A stretch of 63,369 bases of DNA, filler included, from Octopus bimaculoides (lineage: Eukaryota), in the NCBI RefSeq assembly GCF_001194135.2. It is 6 parts of 6 records of this genome, joined end to end, with 100 filler letters (N's around TTAATTAATTAA, not from the genome) between each part and the next. Parts side by side here need not be neighbours in the genome. Positions count along the whole stretch, not along the records: positions 49,862 to 53,798 come from NC_068997.1; positions 53,899 to 63,369 come from NC_068998.1; 4 more parts are not named here. The stretch is one strand, 5' to 3'. The position numbers and the translations under genes were made by a program. The notes under the pieces were generated by a model. The model saw only the letters and a list, made by a program, of their open reading frames with translations, made no database searches and was not told the DNA's origin. Within the stretch, counting starts at the first letter, position 1; every line of letters starts with the position of its first letter. Shown in pieces: positions 51,418 through 63,159 of the stretch.

Positions 51418-52460
51418 TCAATGTGCCCTATAACTCAGCATCCACGAACTCAGACATCTCAAACTAAAGAAGGATTTACAACCAAAAGTCCTACCATACA
51501 TCTCCATACACAACCCCTTTAACAATGAAGCCTTTGACACCATCCTGAACATTCCTCTACTAAAAAGGGACCACAAAATGAATTTAATCCTCCAAACGCA
51601 CACCATCATAAAGAGCAACAGACAACCCAAATCTATAAAATGTCTCCTAACACAAGCCCAAGTACACTCGGCAGCAACACTAAAGCTGTTAGTAAAAAAA
51701 TGCGGAAGACATAACTGTGGTATGTGCGTCAATCTATTTGAGGAGTCGGAGTTCTCTTTCAAACAGGGTCGACGTTTTACAGTGAAAAACAACTTCATAT
51801 GTGCTCCGGAAAACCTAATATATGTATTAACTTGTTCAGTGTGTCGAGGGCAATACATAGGCCAAACCAGAAATAGTCTACGCCAAAGGAGGACACTACA
51901 TAGATCCCAGATTAAAATTCGGGAACACAGAAAAATAGCACTCAGTGAACACATCGACATTTGCTTCACTAACGAACAACCCAACTTCGAAATTTTTCCC
52001 CTCTATAAATTCAAGGACGATGCAACCTATAATCAGCGTATTATCACAGAGTCATATTTTATCGCAAATTATAAACCCTTTTTGAATGCCTCCACCACAA
52101 ATGACAGTACTACAAGGGTCTTAAAATAATACCTACGCAAATATTAAAACCAAAACGATAAATTCAAAACAGAACAATTGCAATCACTACTACTATAATC
52201 ACAACAGATCACTTTTAGGTCACTTGACCATTTAAGAGCACTTCACCAACAACCTACTACTGTCATACCAATCCCGTATTTTTCTTATTCTTTCTCTTCT
52301 TTTCCTACTCCCTCTTCTTCTTCTTCTACGCCGTCTCCCACGGCCACAGCTGCTTAAACAATCAAAACCAAGAGCCCACATCCCTCATATTAAATATTCC
52401 TTCGGACCTGCTACTATATACCTGCCGAGCCTTCACAACAGTAAAAGAGGGAGAGACAGA
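51418..52460 (+). mobile_element. Penelope-like element 3' fragment with intact GIY-YIG domain, flanked by inverted pLTR-like arms (51295-51409 and 52511-52640)
   Basis: ORF 51578-52129: CGRHNCGMC..NLIYVLTCSVCRGQYIGQTRNSLRQRRTLHRSQI..ESYFI..YKPFLN. The flanks are reverse complements of each other. Confidence 0.92.
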
Positions 52461-53079
52461 AAAAAGGAAAATGTCTCATGTATTGGAAAACTAAGAAAAT
52501 ATTTAAAAAGAACATTTCATTTAATTTCTCCACAATTTAATTGTTTTTCATGCTTAACTTTAAGTTGAAAACGTCGCAAAGACTGAAACCAGTACTAAAA
52601 CGTTCGTCATGACAAAATTATTTTAGCATTTTCTACCTTGTCCNNNNNNNNNNNNNNNNNNNNNNNNNNNNNNNNNNNNNNNNNNNNNNNNNNNNNNNNN
52701 NNNNNNNNNNNNNNNNNNNNNNNNNNNNNNNNNNNNNNNNNNNNNNNNNNNNNNNNNNNNNNNNNNNNNNNNNNNNNNNNNNNNNNNNNNNNNNNNNNNN
52801 NNNNNNNNNNNNNNNNNNNNNNNNNNNNNNNNNNNNNNNNNNNNNNNNNNNNNNNNNNNNNNNNNNNNNNNNNNNNNNNNNNNNNNNNNNNNNNNNNNNN
52901 NNNNNNNNNNNNNNNNNNNNNNNNNNNNNNNNNNNNNNNNNNNNNNNNNNNNNNNNNNNNNNNNNNNNNNNNNNNNNNNNNNNNNNNNNNNNNNNNNNNN
53001 NNNNNNNNNNNNNNNNNNNNNNNNNNNNNNNNNNNNNNNNNNNNNNNNNNNNNNNNNNNNNNNNNNNNNNNNNNNNNNN

Positions 53080-53140
<61 letters not shown>

Positions 53141-53898
53141 TGCGTGCGTGTATTTGTGCATGCGTGTATTTGAATCTTAAAAGCCAGATAAGGACAATCG
53201 CATGTGTAACCAATCATAAAGAACAAAGCAGAACAAAGAAATAAAATACCAATCCCTTTAAAACGGCAACCACTTCAACAGTACTAGAATCATCATCCCA
53301 CTACATCTACATATTCAAAGCAGTTTGCCAACGGCCCATCGACAACAACACACCTAATAGGCTCAGAAACTACTACTAAATTCAGGCACAACAGAAAGAT
53401 AGGATGTTCTTGAAGGCGAGGATTTTAAACTTACGGAGACAATATTTACATATCGCCTGAGGTAACACAACTGGATCTCATAATTTTTTCAATTATCTAT
53501 TCACATACGACATATGCCCAAACGCATATCGTTCCTATTATGCAAAAGTGTCGTAAGCCCAAAATGTTGCTTTTTCAGAAAACGAAAAAATAGCTTCACC
53601 ATTCCATAGCAAAACCGTTCTACTACACTTAGACAATTTTTGATATCTTGGCATCTTGGCAGCTGGAGATACGATAGTTTGACGAAAAGAACCGGCTATT
53701 GCAGGCAAAAATAAATATTGAAAACAAACACATTTGGCTAAATTTGGATATACGAAAGTTGAACATAATAAGCAACGATATATATATATGTATATATANN
53801 NNNNNNNNNNNNNNNNNNNNNNNNNNNNNNNNNNNNNNNNNNTTAATTAATTAANNNNNNNNNNNNNNNNNNNNNNNNNNNNNNNNNNNNNNNNNNNN

Positions 53899-54777
53899 AG
53901 TGTTCGATCCAGCGACCTGTGATTTCTGTTGATTTAGTAAACAGGGTGGAAGACTCCTTGGAAAGCAAAGGAGCTGATGTGGAACTCTTAGGTCCATAAG
54001 CTCGCTTCATAAGATGGTAAAGCTTCTTACTGTCATTTGCATCAGCAGCAGCCTGAACACCACGAACAAGATCCTCCCACCAAGTGTTCTGCATCTTCCT
54101 GAGAGATCACTGCAGTAGTGATTTTACACTGTTATAGTGGGCAAGTGCTAGACTTCGCTGCACAGTAGACAGTTCTGTGTAGCAATACACTGTGAGCATG
54201 GCGCTTTACCACCAATAGTCGCTGAACTTCAGCATCATTCTCGTCAAACCAGTCTCTGTGTCTGGCAGTAACATTTCCCAGGGTTTCGGCTGCACATTGT
54301 AGAACGTGGTCTCGAAAATCATCCCATGCTGCAGCAGTTTCAATGCTGGACAAGCGAGTCTGAAGTTCTTTCCTAACCACATCATATACCTTGTGGTCAT
54401 TTAGACGGCGAGGAATGCTGACTGGTCCTCTTCTCTCTTTTACTCTAATCATCATTCGGAACTTTGCTTGCACCAGACTGTGGTCTGTCCAGCATTCTGA
54501 TCCATGGAAGGACTTGACATTACAAATGTCATAAATGTCGTACTTGCGGATGATGACATAATCCAGCAAGTGCCAAACTTTGGACCTTGGATGCATCCAC
54601 ATTGTTGTGTGATCACCTTTGTGCATAAAATGAGTGCTTGCGATATAAAGCCCATGTTCTTCGCAAAGCTCCAGTAGCATGAGACCATTGCTATTCATTT
54701 TCCCTACTCCAAAACGTCCTAGAGAGTTCCATGTTTGCCAGTCTGTTCCAACTCTGGCATTAAAATCCCCCAGTAGA
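53899..54777 (-). mobile_element. RTE (BovB-like) LINE fragment: APE C-terminus and linker
   Basis: [64 protein letters not shown]. Confidence 0.93.
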
Positions 54778-54897
54778 ATGTATATTTATATGTATATATA
54801 TATATGCATGTATACATATATATATATACATATATACACATATATATGGATATATACATATACATGTATATATATATATATGTATATATACATATAC

Positions 54898-54930
<33 letters not shown>

Positions 54931-54959
54931 CATATATTTATTTATTTATTTATTTATGT

Positions 54960-55215
54960 GCTTCAGCCAAGTGGCTGCGGTCATGCTGGTGCACCACCGT
55001 GATTTTCACGTTCCTTGCATGGCTCTTCTCCCCCACCTGACATGGTCCAATCAAGAGTTTTGATGGCACATCTGGTGTATAAGAGAATTTGACACAGCTG
55101 CCCTAAACTGCGTCTCATTACGAGCCATTGGTTCGTCTGGTATCGTGGAGAGGAAAGCGTCAAGTTTTGTCTTGAAGACCTCCGCATCCATGTCTTGCAT
55201 GTCTCTCAAATGTTT
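54960..55215 (-). mobile_element. CR1/L2-group LINE 3' end (ORF2 C-terminus plus tail)
   Basis: KHLRDMQDMDAEVFKTKLDAFLSTIPDEP..AAVSNSLIHQ, then tail CGGTGGTGCACCAGCATGACCGCAGCCACTTGGCTGAA. Confidence 0.8.
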
Positions 55216-55263
55216 NNNNNNNNNNNNNNNNNNTATATATATATGTATATGTATATATATATG

Positions 55264-55299
<36 letters not shown>

Positions 55300-55567
55300 T
55301 ATACATATATATATATATGTATATATACATATATATGTGTGTATAAATATATACATATATATATATATACATATATATATGTATATATATACATATATAT
55401 GTATATATATACATATATATATGTATATATATATGCATATATATGTATATATATGTGCATATACATATACATATATATGTATATATATGTGCATATACAT
55501 ATATATGTATATATACATATATATATGTATATATATATGCATATATATGTATATATATGAATATGTG

Positions 55568-55619
<52 letters not shown>

Positions 55620-56011
55620 TACAGGCACATATGAAAGGTAAAGGTAGACTGCATGATGCATGTATGCAAACCGCCATGCTACATAGCAGTAAAACCTGGG
55701 CTGTGACTGCTGAGGATATGTGTAGGCTTAAAGAAATGAAGCTAGTATTCTCCGCATATGTCGGTGTGCATATACAACACAGTGTAAGCATCCCAAGAGA
55801 AAAGTTGGATGTAACAAGCATCAGATTAGGTGTGCAAGAGCAACGACTGCACTGGTATGTTCATGTGTTATGTATGGATGAGGACAGTTGTGTGTGAAGA
55901 AGTGTCACACCCCATTAGTGGAAGGAACCTGTGGAAGAGGTAGACCCAGGAAGACATGGGATGAGGTGGAGAAGCATGACCTTCGAACGTTGGGCCTCAC
56001 AGAGGCAATGA
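55620..56011 (+). mobile_element. RTE-clade LINE ORF C-terminal fragment
   Basis: [61 protein letters not shown]. Confidence 0.9.
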
Positions 56012-56249
56012 CAAGCCCTGAAGACCTTTTGAGGTTATTTTCGATACTTCACTTCATTTTTCTTAAAGATCTAGGGGAAATCTTGCATGGTGCACCGGAT
56101 ATTATTATGTTTTCAACAGTTCCCGATTTTTTATATCTTTGAATAAATGAAGATATGGTAGAAAATGGAATACAAAGGGTCTCTGATATTTTCCTGTTAC
56201 TTTTACCTGCTTTCCACTGTTCAATAATTAAGTCTTTCACTGAATTTGT
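56012..56249 (-). mobile_element. Tc1-like transposase N-terminal (HTH) fragment
   Basis: MKDLIIEQWKAGKSNRKISETLCIPFSTISSFIQRYKKSGTVEN...SGAPCKISPR; it abuts and truncates the RTE fragment. Confidence 0.8.
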
Positions 56250-56738
56250 NNNNNNNNNNNNNNNNNNNNNNNNNNNNNNNNNNNNNNNNNNNNNNNNNNN
56301 NNNNNNNNNNNNNNNNNNNNNNNNNNNNNNNNNNNNNNNNNNNNNNNNNNNNNNNNNNNNNNNNNNNNNNNNNNNNNNNNNNNNNNNNNNNNNNNNNNNN
56401 NNNNNNNNNNNNNNNNNNNNNNNNNNNNNNNNNNNNNNNNNNNNNNNNNNNNNNNNNNNNNNNNNNNNNNNNNNNNNNNNNNNNNNNNNNNNNNNNNNNN
56501 NNNNNNNNNNNNNNNNNNNNNNNNNNNNNNNNNNNNNNNNNNNNNNNNNNNNNNNNNNNNNNNNNNNNNNNNNNNNNNNNNNNNNNNNNNNNNNNNNNNN
56601 NNNNNNNNNNNNNNNNNNNNNNNNNNNNNNNNNNNNNNNNNNNNNNNNNNNNNNNNNNNNNNNNNNNNNNNNNNNNNNNNNNNNNNNNNNNNNNNNNNNN
56701 NNNNNNNNNNNNNNNNNNNNNNNNNNNNNNNNNNNNNN

Positions 56739-56772
<34 letters not shown>

Positions 56773-56777
56773 TATAT

Positions 56778-56818
<41 letters not shown>

Positions 56819-56850
56819 GCTTATATATACATTTTGTATAATTTTTCCAT

Positions 56851-56899
<49 letters not shown>

Positions 56900-56909
56900 T
56901 AAATTAATG

Positions 56910-57727
56910 TAAACAGAAAGTTGTAATGTTTCACCGAAAAGGAGAATTATAATTGTCACTAAATGTGACTAGGGTGTTAAAAATCACCAACCTTGCTAGA
57001 AATAAGAGGTAAAATGCTCTAATGCACATGACTGAAAACATATACACTAACAGGGACCGTAAATATCTGAAAAATTTTTACATTAATTTTGAGTATACAC
57101 ACTAGCAAATCACTAAATCACCCATTAATTTGGATGACGAAAACATATATGCTAATAGAGAAGCAGGTCTAGAAATAGCCAAACATCAAGTTGGCTTAAC
57201 TGATGATGGCAACGGAAATTGACAAAACTGATGCATCAGTCATAAGAATTCTTGGTCAGTATTTTTCAGATAATTGTAGTCTCTGTCAGTGTATATGTTT
57301 TCATTCATGTGCATAAACTACAGCATTTGAACATTTTAGCTCTTATTTCTAGTACTGTAGGAGTTTTTTAACACTCTAGTCACATTTAGTGAGAATTATA
57401 ATTCTCCTTTTTGGTGAAACAGTGCAACCTGCTGTATACGTTAATTTTGTGTCTACATGTTAGCGAATTGCTAAGCCATACATTAATTTGGATGACAAAA
57501 ATATATATGCTAATAGGAAAAGAGGTCCAGAAATAGCTGAACACTGAGCTGGCAACAGAAATTGCTGAAACTGACGTGCTAGTTTTAAGAATTCTCGATC
57601 CATATTTTTTGGACAATTATGGTCCCTGTTAGTGTATATGTTTTCATTCGTGTGTGTTAACTACAAGATTAGAGCATTTTAGCCCTTATTTCTAGCAATG
57701 TAGGTGTTTTTTAACACCCTAGTCTCA
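56910..57727. mobile_element. Foldback/MITE-like element with ~170-bp inverted arms (56912-57075, 57265-57450) plus a tandem partial copy (57451-57727)
   Basis: Arms share TTTCACC.AAAAGGAGAATTATAATT.TCACTAAATGTGACTAG.GTGTTAAAAA. Second unit is roughly 75-80% identical to 57100-57385. Confidence 0.75.
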
Positions 57728-57751
57728 CACGTGCACACACATATATAATGA

Positions 57752-58115
57752 CACTCCGTCGGTTATGACAAGGGTTCCAGTTGATCCGATCAATGGAACA
57801 GCCTGCGTGTGAGATTAACATGCAAGTGGCTGAGCACTTCACCGACACATGTACCCTTAACGTAGTTCTCGGGGAGATTCAGCATGACATAGAATCTGAC
57901 AAGGCTGGCCCTTTGATATACAGGTACAACAAAAACAGGAAGAAAGAGTGAAAGTTGTGGTGAAAGAATACAGTAGGGTTTGCCACCACCCCCTACTGGA
58001 GCCTCGTGGAGCTTTAAGTGTTTAATAAACACTCACAATGCGCAGTCTGGGAAACAAAACTGTGATCTTATGACTGTGAGTCCGCTGTCGTAACCACTGG
58101 GCCATTGCACCTCCA
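57752..58115 (-). mobile_element. SINE family B, partly CpG-decayed
   Basis: Aligns full length to 8815-9197. Confidence 0.9.
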
Positions 58116-58631
58116 CACACAACACATATATATATATATGCACACATTATCTCAAATGTACAGTATTATATATCCATCATGGCTTATGGATATTCAATGA
58201 AGTGTTAGGTAGCAATCCGTTTATATAACCTTATGCTCATCAGAGCTAGCCGATATGGAAAGGAATATGGCAAATGCTCTTTATTGTCAGAGGTGAATGG
58301 ACACATCCAGTTTGTGATTGCTGTGAAAAAGATGGTGAAATGAAAACGAGCAGAGGATTAAATTAGGAGTTATGTCCCTTGTTTGGATTTTTTGTAAAGC
58401 TGGTAAGAGTTATCTTGAAGAGTTTGTGAGAAATGTGAGCATTATATATATATATATATATACACACACACAAATATAAATATATATATGTATATATATA
58501 TATATAAATTAATTTACAAAGGTATCATTAACTCTATTATTATCCAATGTAACTAATTTAAGAATGATAATAACAGAATCAACGAAACAGACGACAGCAG
58601 GCCAAAAAATAGCATTAAATAGCCGAGGGAT

Positions 58632-58789
58632 TAAAATTAATCATAGGACATAGTAAGTATGTCTACCAGCTTGAAATAACAGTCAAAACTCGTTATTAAA
58701 TTGCCAGTGTATTTTTGGCAATTTAATAACGAGTTTTGACTGTTATTTCAAGCAGGTAGACATATTTAGTATGTCCTTTGATTAATTTT

Positions 58790-58790
<1 letters not shown>
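58632..58790. repeat. Palindrome with 75-bp arms and 9-nt loop
   Basis: Inner 38 bp perfect (GCTTGAAATAACAGTCAAAACTCGTTATTAAATTGCCA and its complement); 4 non-Watson-Crick positions in the outer half. Confidence 0.95.
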
Positions 58791-58842
<52 letters not shown>

Positions 58843-59674
58843 CACACATTAATGTTTTTATATGTTAAGACCTAAATCTCAATTTCTAAACGTTTCCTTA
58901 CATCTGCAACATAGAAAATTTTAATTTTTTGTCGGGGAGTCTGACAAGCTGTCCACAAGGCTTTGGTTTGTGGATACAAAACCTTTGGTAGCTCTATGTC
59001 TAAAATTTAAAATTTTGTTGTAATATATACATATATCAATATATGTATGTGCAGGCAAGTGTATGTTTATGTGTGCATATATATGGATGTATATGTTTTT
59101 ATGTATGCATATACATCTGCACATGTGCGTGTATATGAGTGTGTTTAAATATATATATATATATATATATGTATTTAGGTAGGTATATGTATGTATGTAT
59201 AAATGTGTGTATGCATGTTTAAATGTGTATGTGTGTGCGTAAGGTGTAAGTATGTGTGTCTATACGTATACATGCATGCATATGTGTGCATGTACATACA
59301 TGTATGTACATGTACATGTGTTTATATATATATGTGCATCTGTGCATGTACATGTGTTTATATATATATGTGCATCTGTGCATGTATGTGTGTATACATG
59401 CATGTATGTTCATATAGGTGTATGTGGTGATACATGTAAGAGACTTATGACCTACTCAGGCCCTCAAACTGACAATGCAGTGCCTGTCTCACAGCGGGAT
59501 ATGTGAATGCCTGGATAGTTTAAGTGCATCTACTTAACTGCTCATATATGTGTGTGTGTGTGTACACAAAGGCCTAAGCATGTATGTGTGTGTATATTTA
59601 TGTACAAATGGCCAAAAGTGTGGGTATGGAAGTAACTATGTCTGGGTACTGACACACCTATTTTAATTTATTAT

Positions 59675-60047
59675 TCTTTTATTTGTTTCTATCATTTGAC
59701 TGCAGCCATGCTGGAGCATCACCTTAAACGGTTTTAGTCAAAGAAATTGACACCAGGACTTATCCTTTGTAAGCCTAGCTGAACTTTTGCTGAACTGCTA
59801 AGTTACAGGGATGTAAATACACCAACATCAGTTGCCAAGCAACGGCAGAGGGACAGACACACATGCAGTTAAATATATACATATATATATGATGTGCTTC
59901 TTTGAGTTTCTGTCAACCAAATCCACTCACAAGGTTTTGGTAGGCCCATGGTTATAGTAAAAGACATTTGCCCAAGGTGTCACACAGTGGTACTGAACTC
60001 GGAACTATGTGGTTGGGAAGCAAGCGTCTTACCACACAGCCATGCCT
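59675..60047 (-). mobile_element. SINE family A, CpG-decayed
   Basis: Reverse complement of head to tail. Confidence 0.88.
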
Positions 60048-60859
60048 GTGCCTTTGTTGTATATTTTATTCTCAGCATTCTTATCATTTTTTCTTAATTA
60101 CTCCCTATCTGTATCTATATCTTTGCAATAGAATCTGTCCCTCACATATATGCATACAAGTACATATGTATACAAATGTATATATAGCAAATAAGTAACA
60201 AGGATGTCAAGGTATCAGTGCATTACGGCCGTTTCAGGTAGTTCCATTTAATCGAACAATGCAAGCATTACATCAATTTGAAATACACCACCATCTTCGG
60301 ATGTAAAATATAGGTTTTCAACAGACAGGATACTCCATTATAATTTTTAGCAAATATTTCATCAGAACTAGAGGATGAAAGAATTCCATGCTACTATTGT
60401 AGCAGAAAAAAAAAACTTAGGAAAAAATACCCCAACTACAATTTGGAGTGACAGAAGAGGATAACACTGGAGGTCAAGAGATGGTAATTTAGCTACAATT
60501 TGTATCTTATCACCATCAAAAGATCTAATGCAGCTAGTATACTGCATCTACTAAGAATTAAAACCAACAGCAGTTAAAGTTAAGTTCTAGCTGCTGATAA
60601 TAAATTAAATACTGTCAGATATTCGCCTAAATCTTAATTCACTATAGCTATAAATTCCCTTGACCACATAAACAAACAAATCTCAGAATAAGTCAGTCAG
60701 ATAGTGGTAAATGCCCAGAAAGAGGGAGGGGAGGGGTGATATAAACTCTTATATTATCATTTAAAGGGGTCTACAATAGAAAACAAAGGACATTACAATG
60801 AGATCCAAATGGGCATTAAGGGTACAGGGACAAAAATATAACCAAAGTATTGCAAAGTA

Positions 60860-60892
<33 letters not shown>

Positions 60893-60893
<1 letters not shown>

Positions 60894-61282
60894 GGCACAG
60901 ATGTGTAAGAAGTTTGCTCCCCAATGACATGGTTATGGGTTCAGTACCATTGCATGGAACCTTGAGCAAGTGTTGTTCATTATAGCCCCAAACAACTAAA
61001 ACCTTGTGAGTGGATGTGGCAGATGGAAACTGAAAGAAGTCTGTCATATAAATATGTGCATGCATGTGTATATGTATGTATCAGTGCGAGTGTTCATGCA
61101 TGTGTCTCCTTCTCTTGATATCATGTGATAATTGTAAATAAGTCTCACTGTCATACAAGCAGTGTCACTCATTTCCAATATTCTGCATAAACATGTCTAG
61201 CCATGACAAATCTGCTTAGAAACAGGTGATGGTTAGCAACAGAAGAGGCATCTGGGTGTAGCATCTACTTCCATCAAATCTG
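60893..61282 (+). mobile_element. Chimeric SINE: family A head and centre with a different 3' part containing a family C-like motif
   Basis: A-type up to GGAAACTGAAAGAAG, then a new segment ending GGTTAGCAACAGAAGAGGCATCTGG (compare GGCGTTAGGAAGGGCATCC). Confidence 0.7.
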
Positions 61283-61964
61283 NNNNNNNNNNNNNNNNNN
61301 NNNNNNNNNNNNNNNNNNNNNNNNNNNNNNNNNNNNNNNNNNNNNNNNNNNNNNNNNNNNNNNNNNNNNNNNNNNNNNNNNNNNNNNNNNNNNNNNNNNN
61401 NNNNNNNNNNNNNNNNNNNNNNNNNNNNNNNNNNNNNNNNNNNNNNNNNNNNNNNNNNNNNNNNNNNNNNNNNNNNNNNNNNNNNNNNNNNNNNNNNNNN
61501 NNNNNNNNNNNNNNNNNNNNNNNNNNNNNNNNNNNNNNNNNNNNNNNNNNNNNNNNNNNNNNNNNNNNNNNNNNNNNNNNNNNNNNNNNNNNNNNNNNNN
61601 NNNNNNNNNNNNNNNNNNNNNNNNNNNNNNNNNNNNNNNNNNNNNNNNNNNNNNNNNNNNNNNNNNNNNNNNNNNNNNNNNNNNNNNNNNNNNNNNNNNN
61701 NNNNNNNNNNNNNNNNNNNNNNNNNNNNNNNNNNNNNNNNNNNNNNNNNNNNNNNNNNNNNNNNNNNNNNNNNNNNNNNNNNNNNNNNNNNNNNNNNTAT
61801 ATATATATATACACATATATATACACATATATATATACACACATATATATACACATATATATATACACACATATATATACATATACATATATATACACAT
61901 ATATATACATATACATATATATACACATATATATACATATACATATATATACACATATATATAC

Positions 61965-62001
<37 letters not shown>

Positions 62002-62017
62002 AATACATACATATGAA

Positions 62018-62335
62018 ATGAAATGGAGGCGGCTGACCGAATGGATTCTTAAAACTTTTAGAACAAGAGATCAGGAAACCATGATGGTCCTCTGGTGGAC
62101 ACTTGTCCTAAGCCACTTTGACTATTGCTCTCAGCTATGGTCACCAACCAGAGTCAAAGTATGCAGTGGCGCCCAGTTCTACTATTTGTGTAACACTCGA
62201 TGCCAAAGTTTGGGACAATTCCTTCCAGGATCTTCCAGATGTATATTATAGCATATCTTTCTTGCCTACGCTCTAGGGAATAGAGTCTCAATCTCTTGAG
62301 TCTTTCCCAATAGCTTATACGCTGCATAGAGGCTA
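62018..62335. mobile_element. CR1/L2-group LINE ORF2 fragments joined tail to tail (+ 62018-62157; - 62335-62158)
   Basis: + strand [35 protein letters not shown]; - strand [44 protein letters not shown]. Confidence 0.85.
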
Positions 62336-62463
62336 TATATATATACATAGACATATATATTTATATATACATATACAGAAACATATATATATATACATAC
62401 ACATGTATATATATATATATATACATACACACACATATATATACATACACACACACACACACA

Positions 62464-62517
<54 letters not shown>

Positions 62518-63159
62518 CACATATATATATATACATTATGTATGTATATATATATGTGTGTGTGTGTATGTATGTATGTATTAATGTAGATGATTTTATT
62601 GTGTTACGTTTTGAATTATTATCGCTTATGCTTGTAAAGATAGGTATATTTCAAAGTAGTGTCTTTTATGATTTAGCAGTCCTTGCATGCAATCTTTTTG
62701 TGTTTCTGGCACAAATATTACCCTGAGGAGACTCATATGCATAAACGTGAATTTTTTAAAATTCACTAGTGGATCTGAGTTGGAACAAATTGTTGGCTTT
62801 ATATTTCTTTTACTTATTTTGTTATATCATTTTATGTTTTTTGTATATTATATTATAATGTAAATAAATTTTTAATATGTCAACTGTATTTCTCTATTTC
62901 CTTTAATATTTGCATATTGTAATTATACTGTGTAATACGTACAGGCAGGAAAAGACAGAAAAGTTGATAATAATAGGTCTGGGCCAAATTTGAATTACAA
63001 GCCACGTTTCAAAATTTTATTTGTGGTATTCAACTGATGTACCAGTGTAAATTGGATGTTTTCCATCCCTTTGAAGGAAATGTTTTTTTTCCTCAGTTTG
63101 ATTTATATATGATGATTATATATATATATATATACTGCATATACATCAACAGAAATATA

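Noticed and set aside
57198-57225. CTGATGA tggcaacg GAAA ttgac hammerhead-like core
   Set aside because: No stem I or III, and the paralogous unit at about 57550 lacks the motif.
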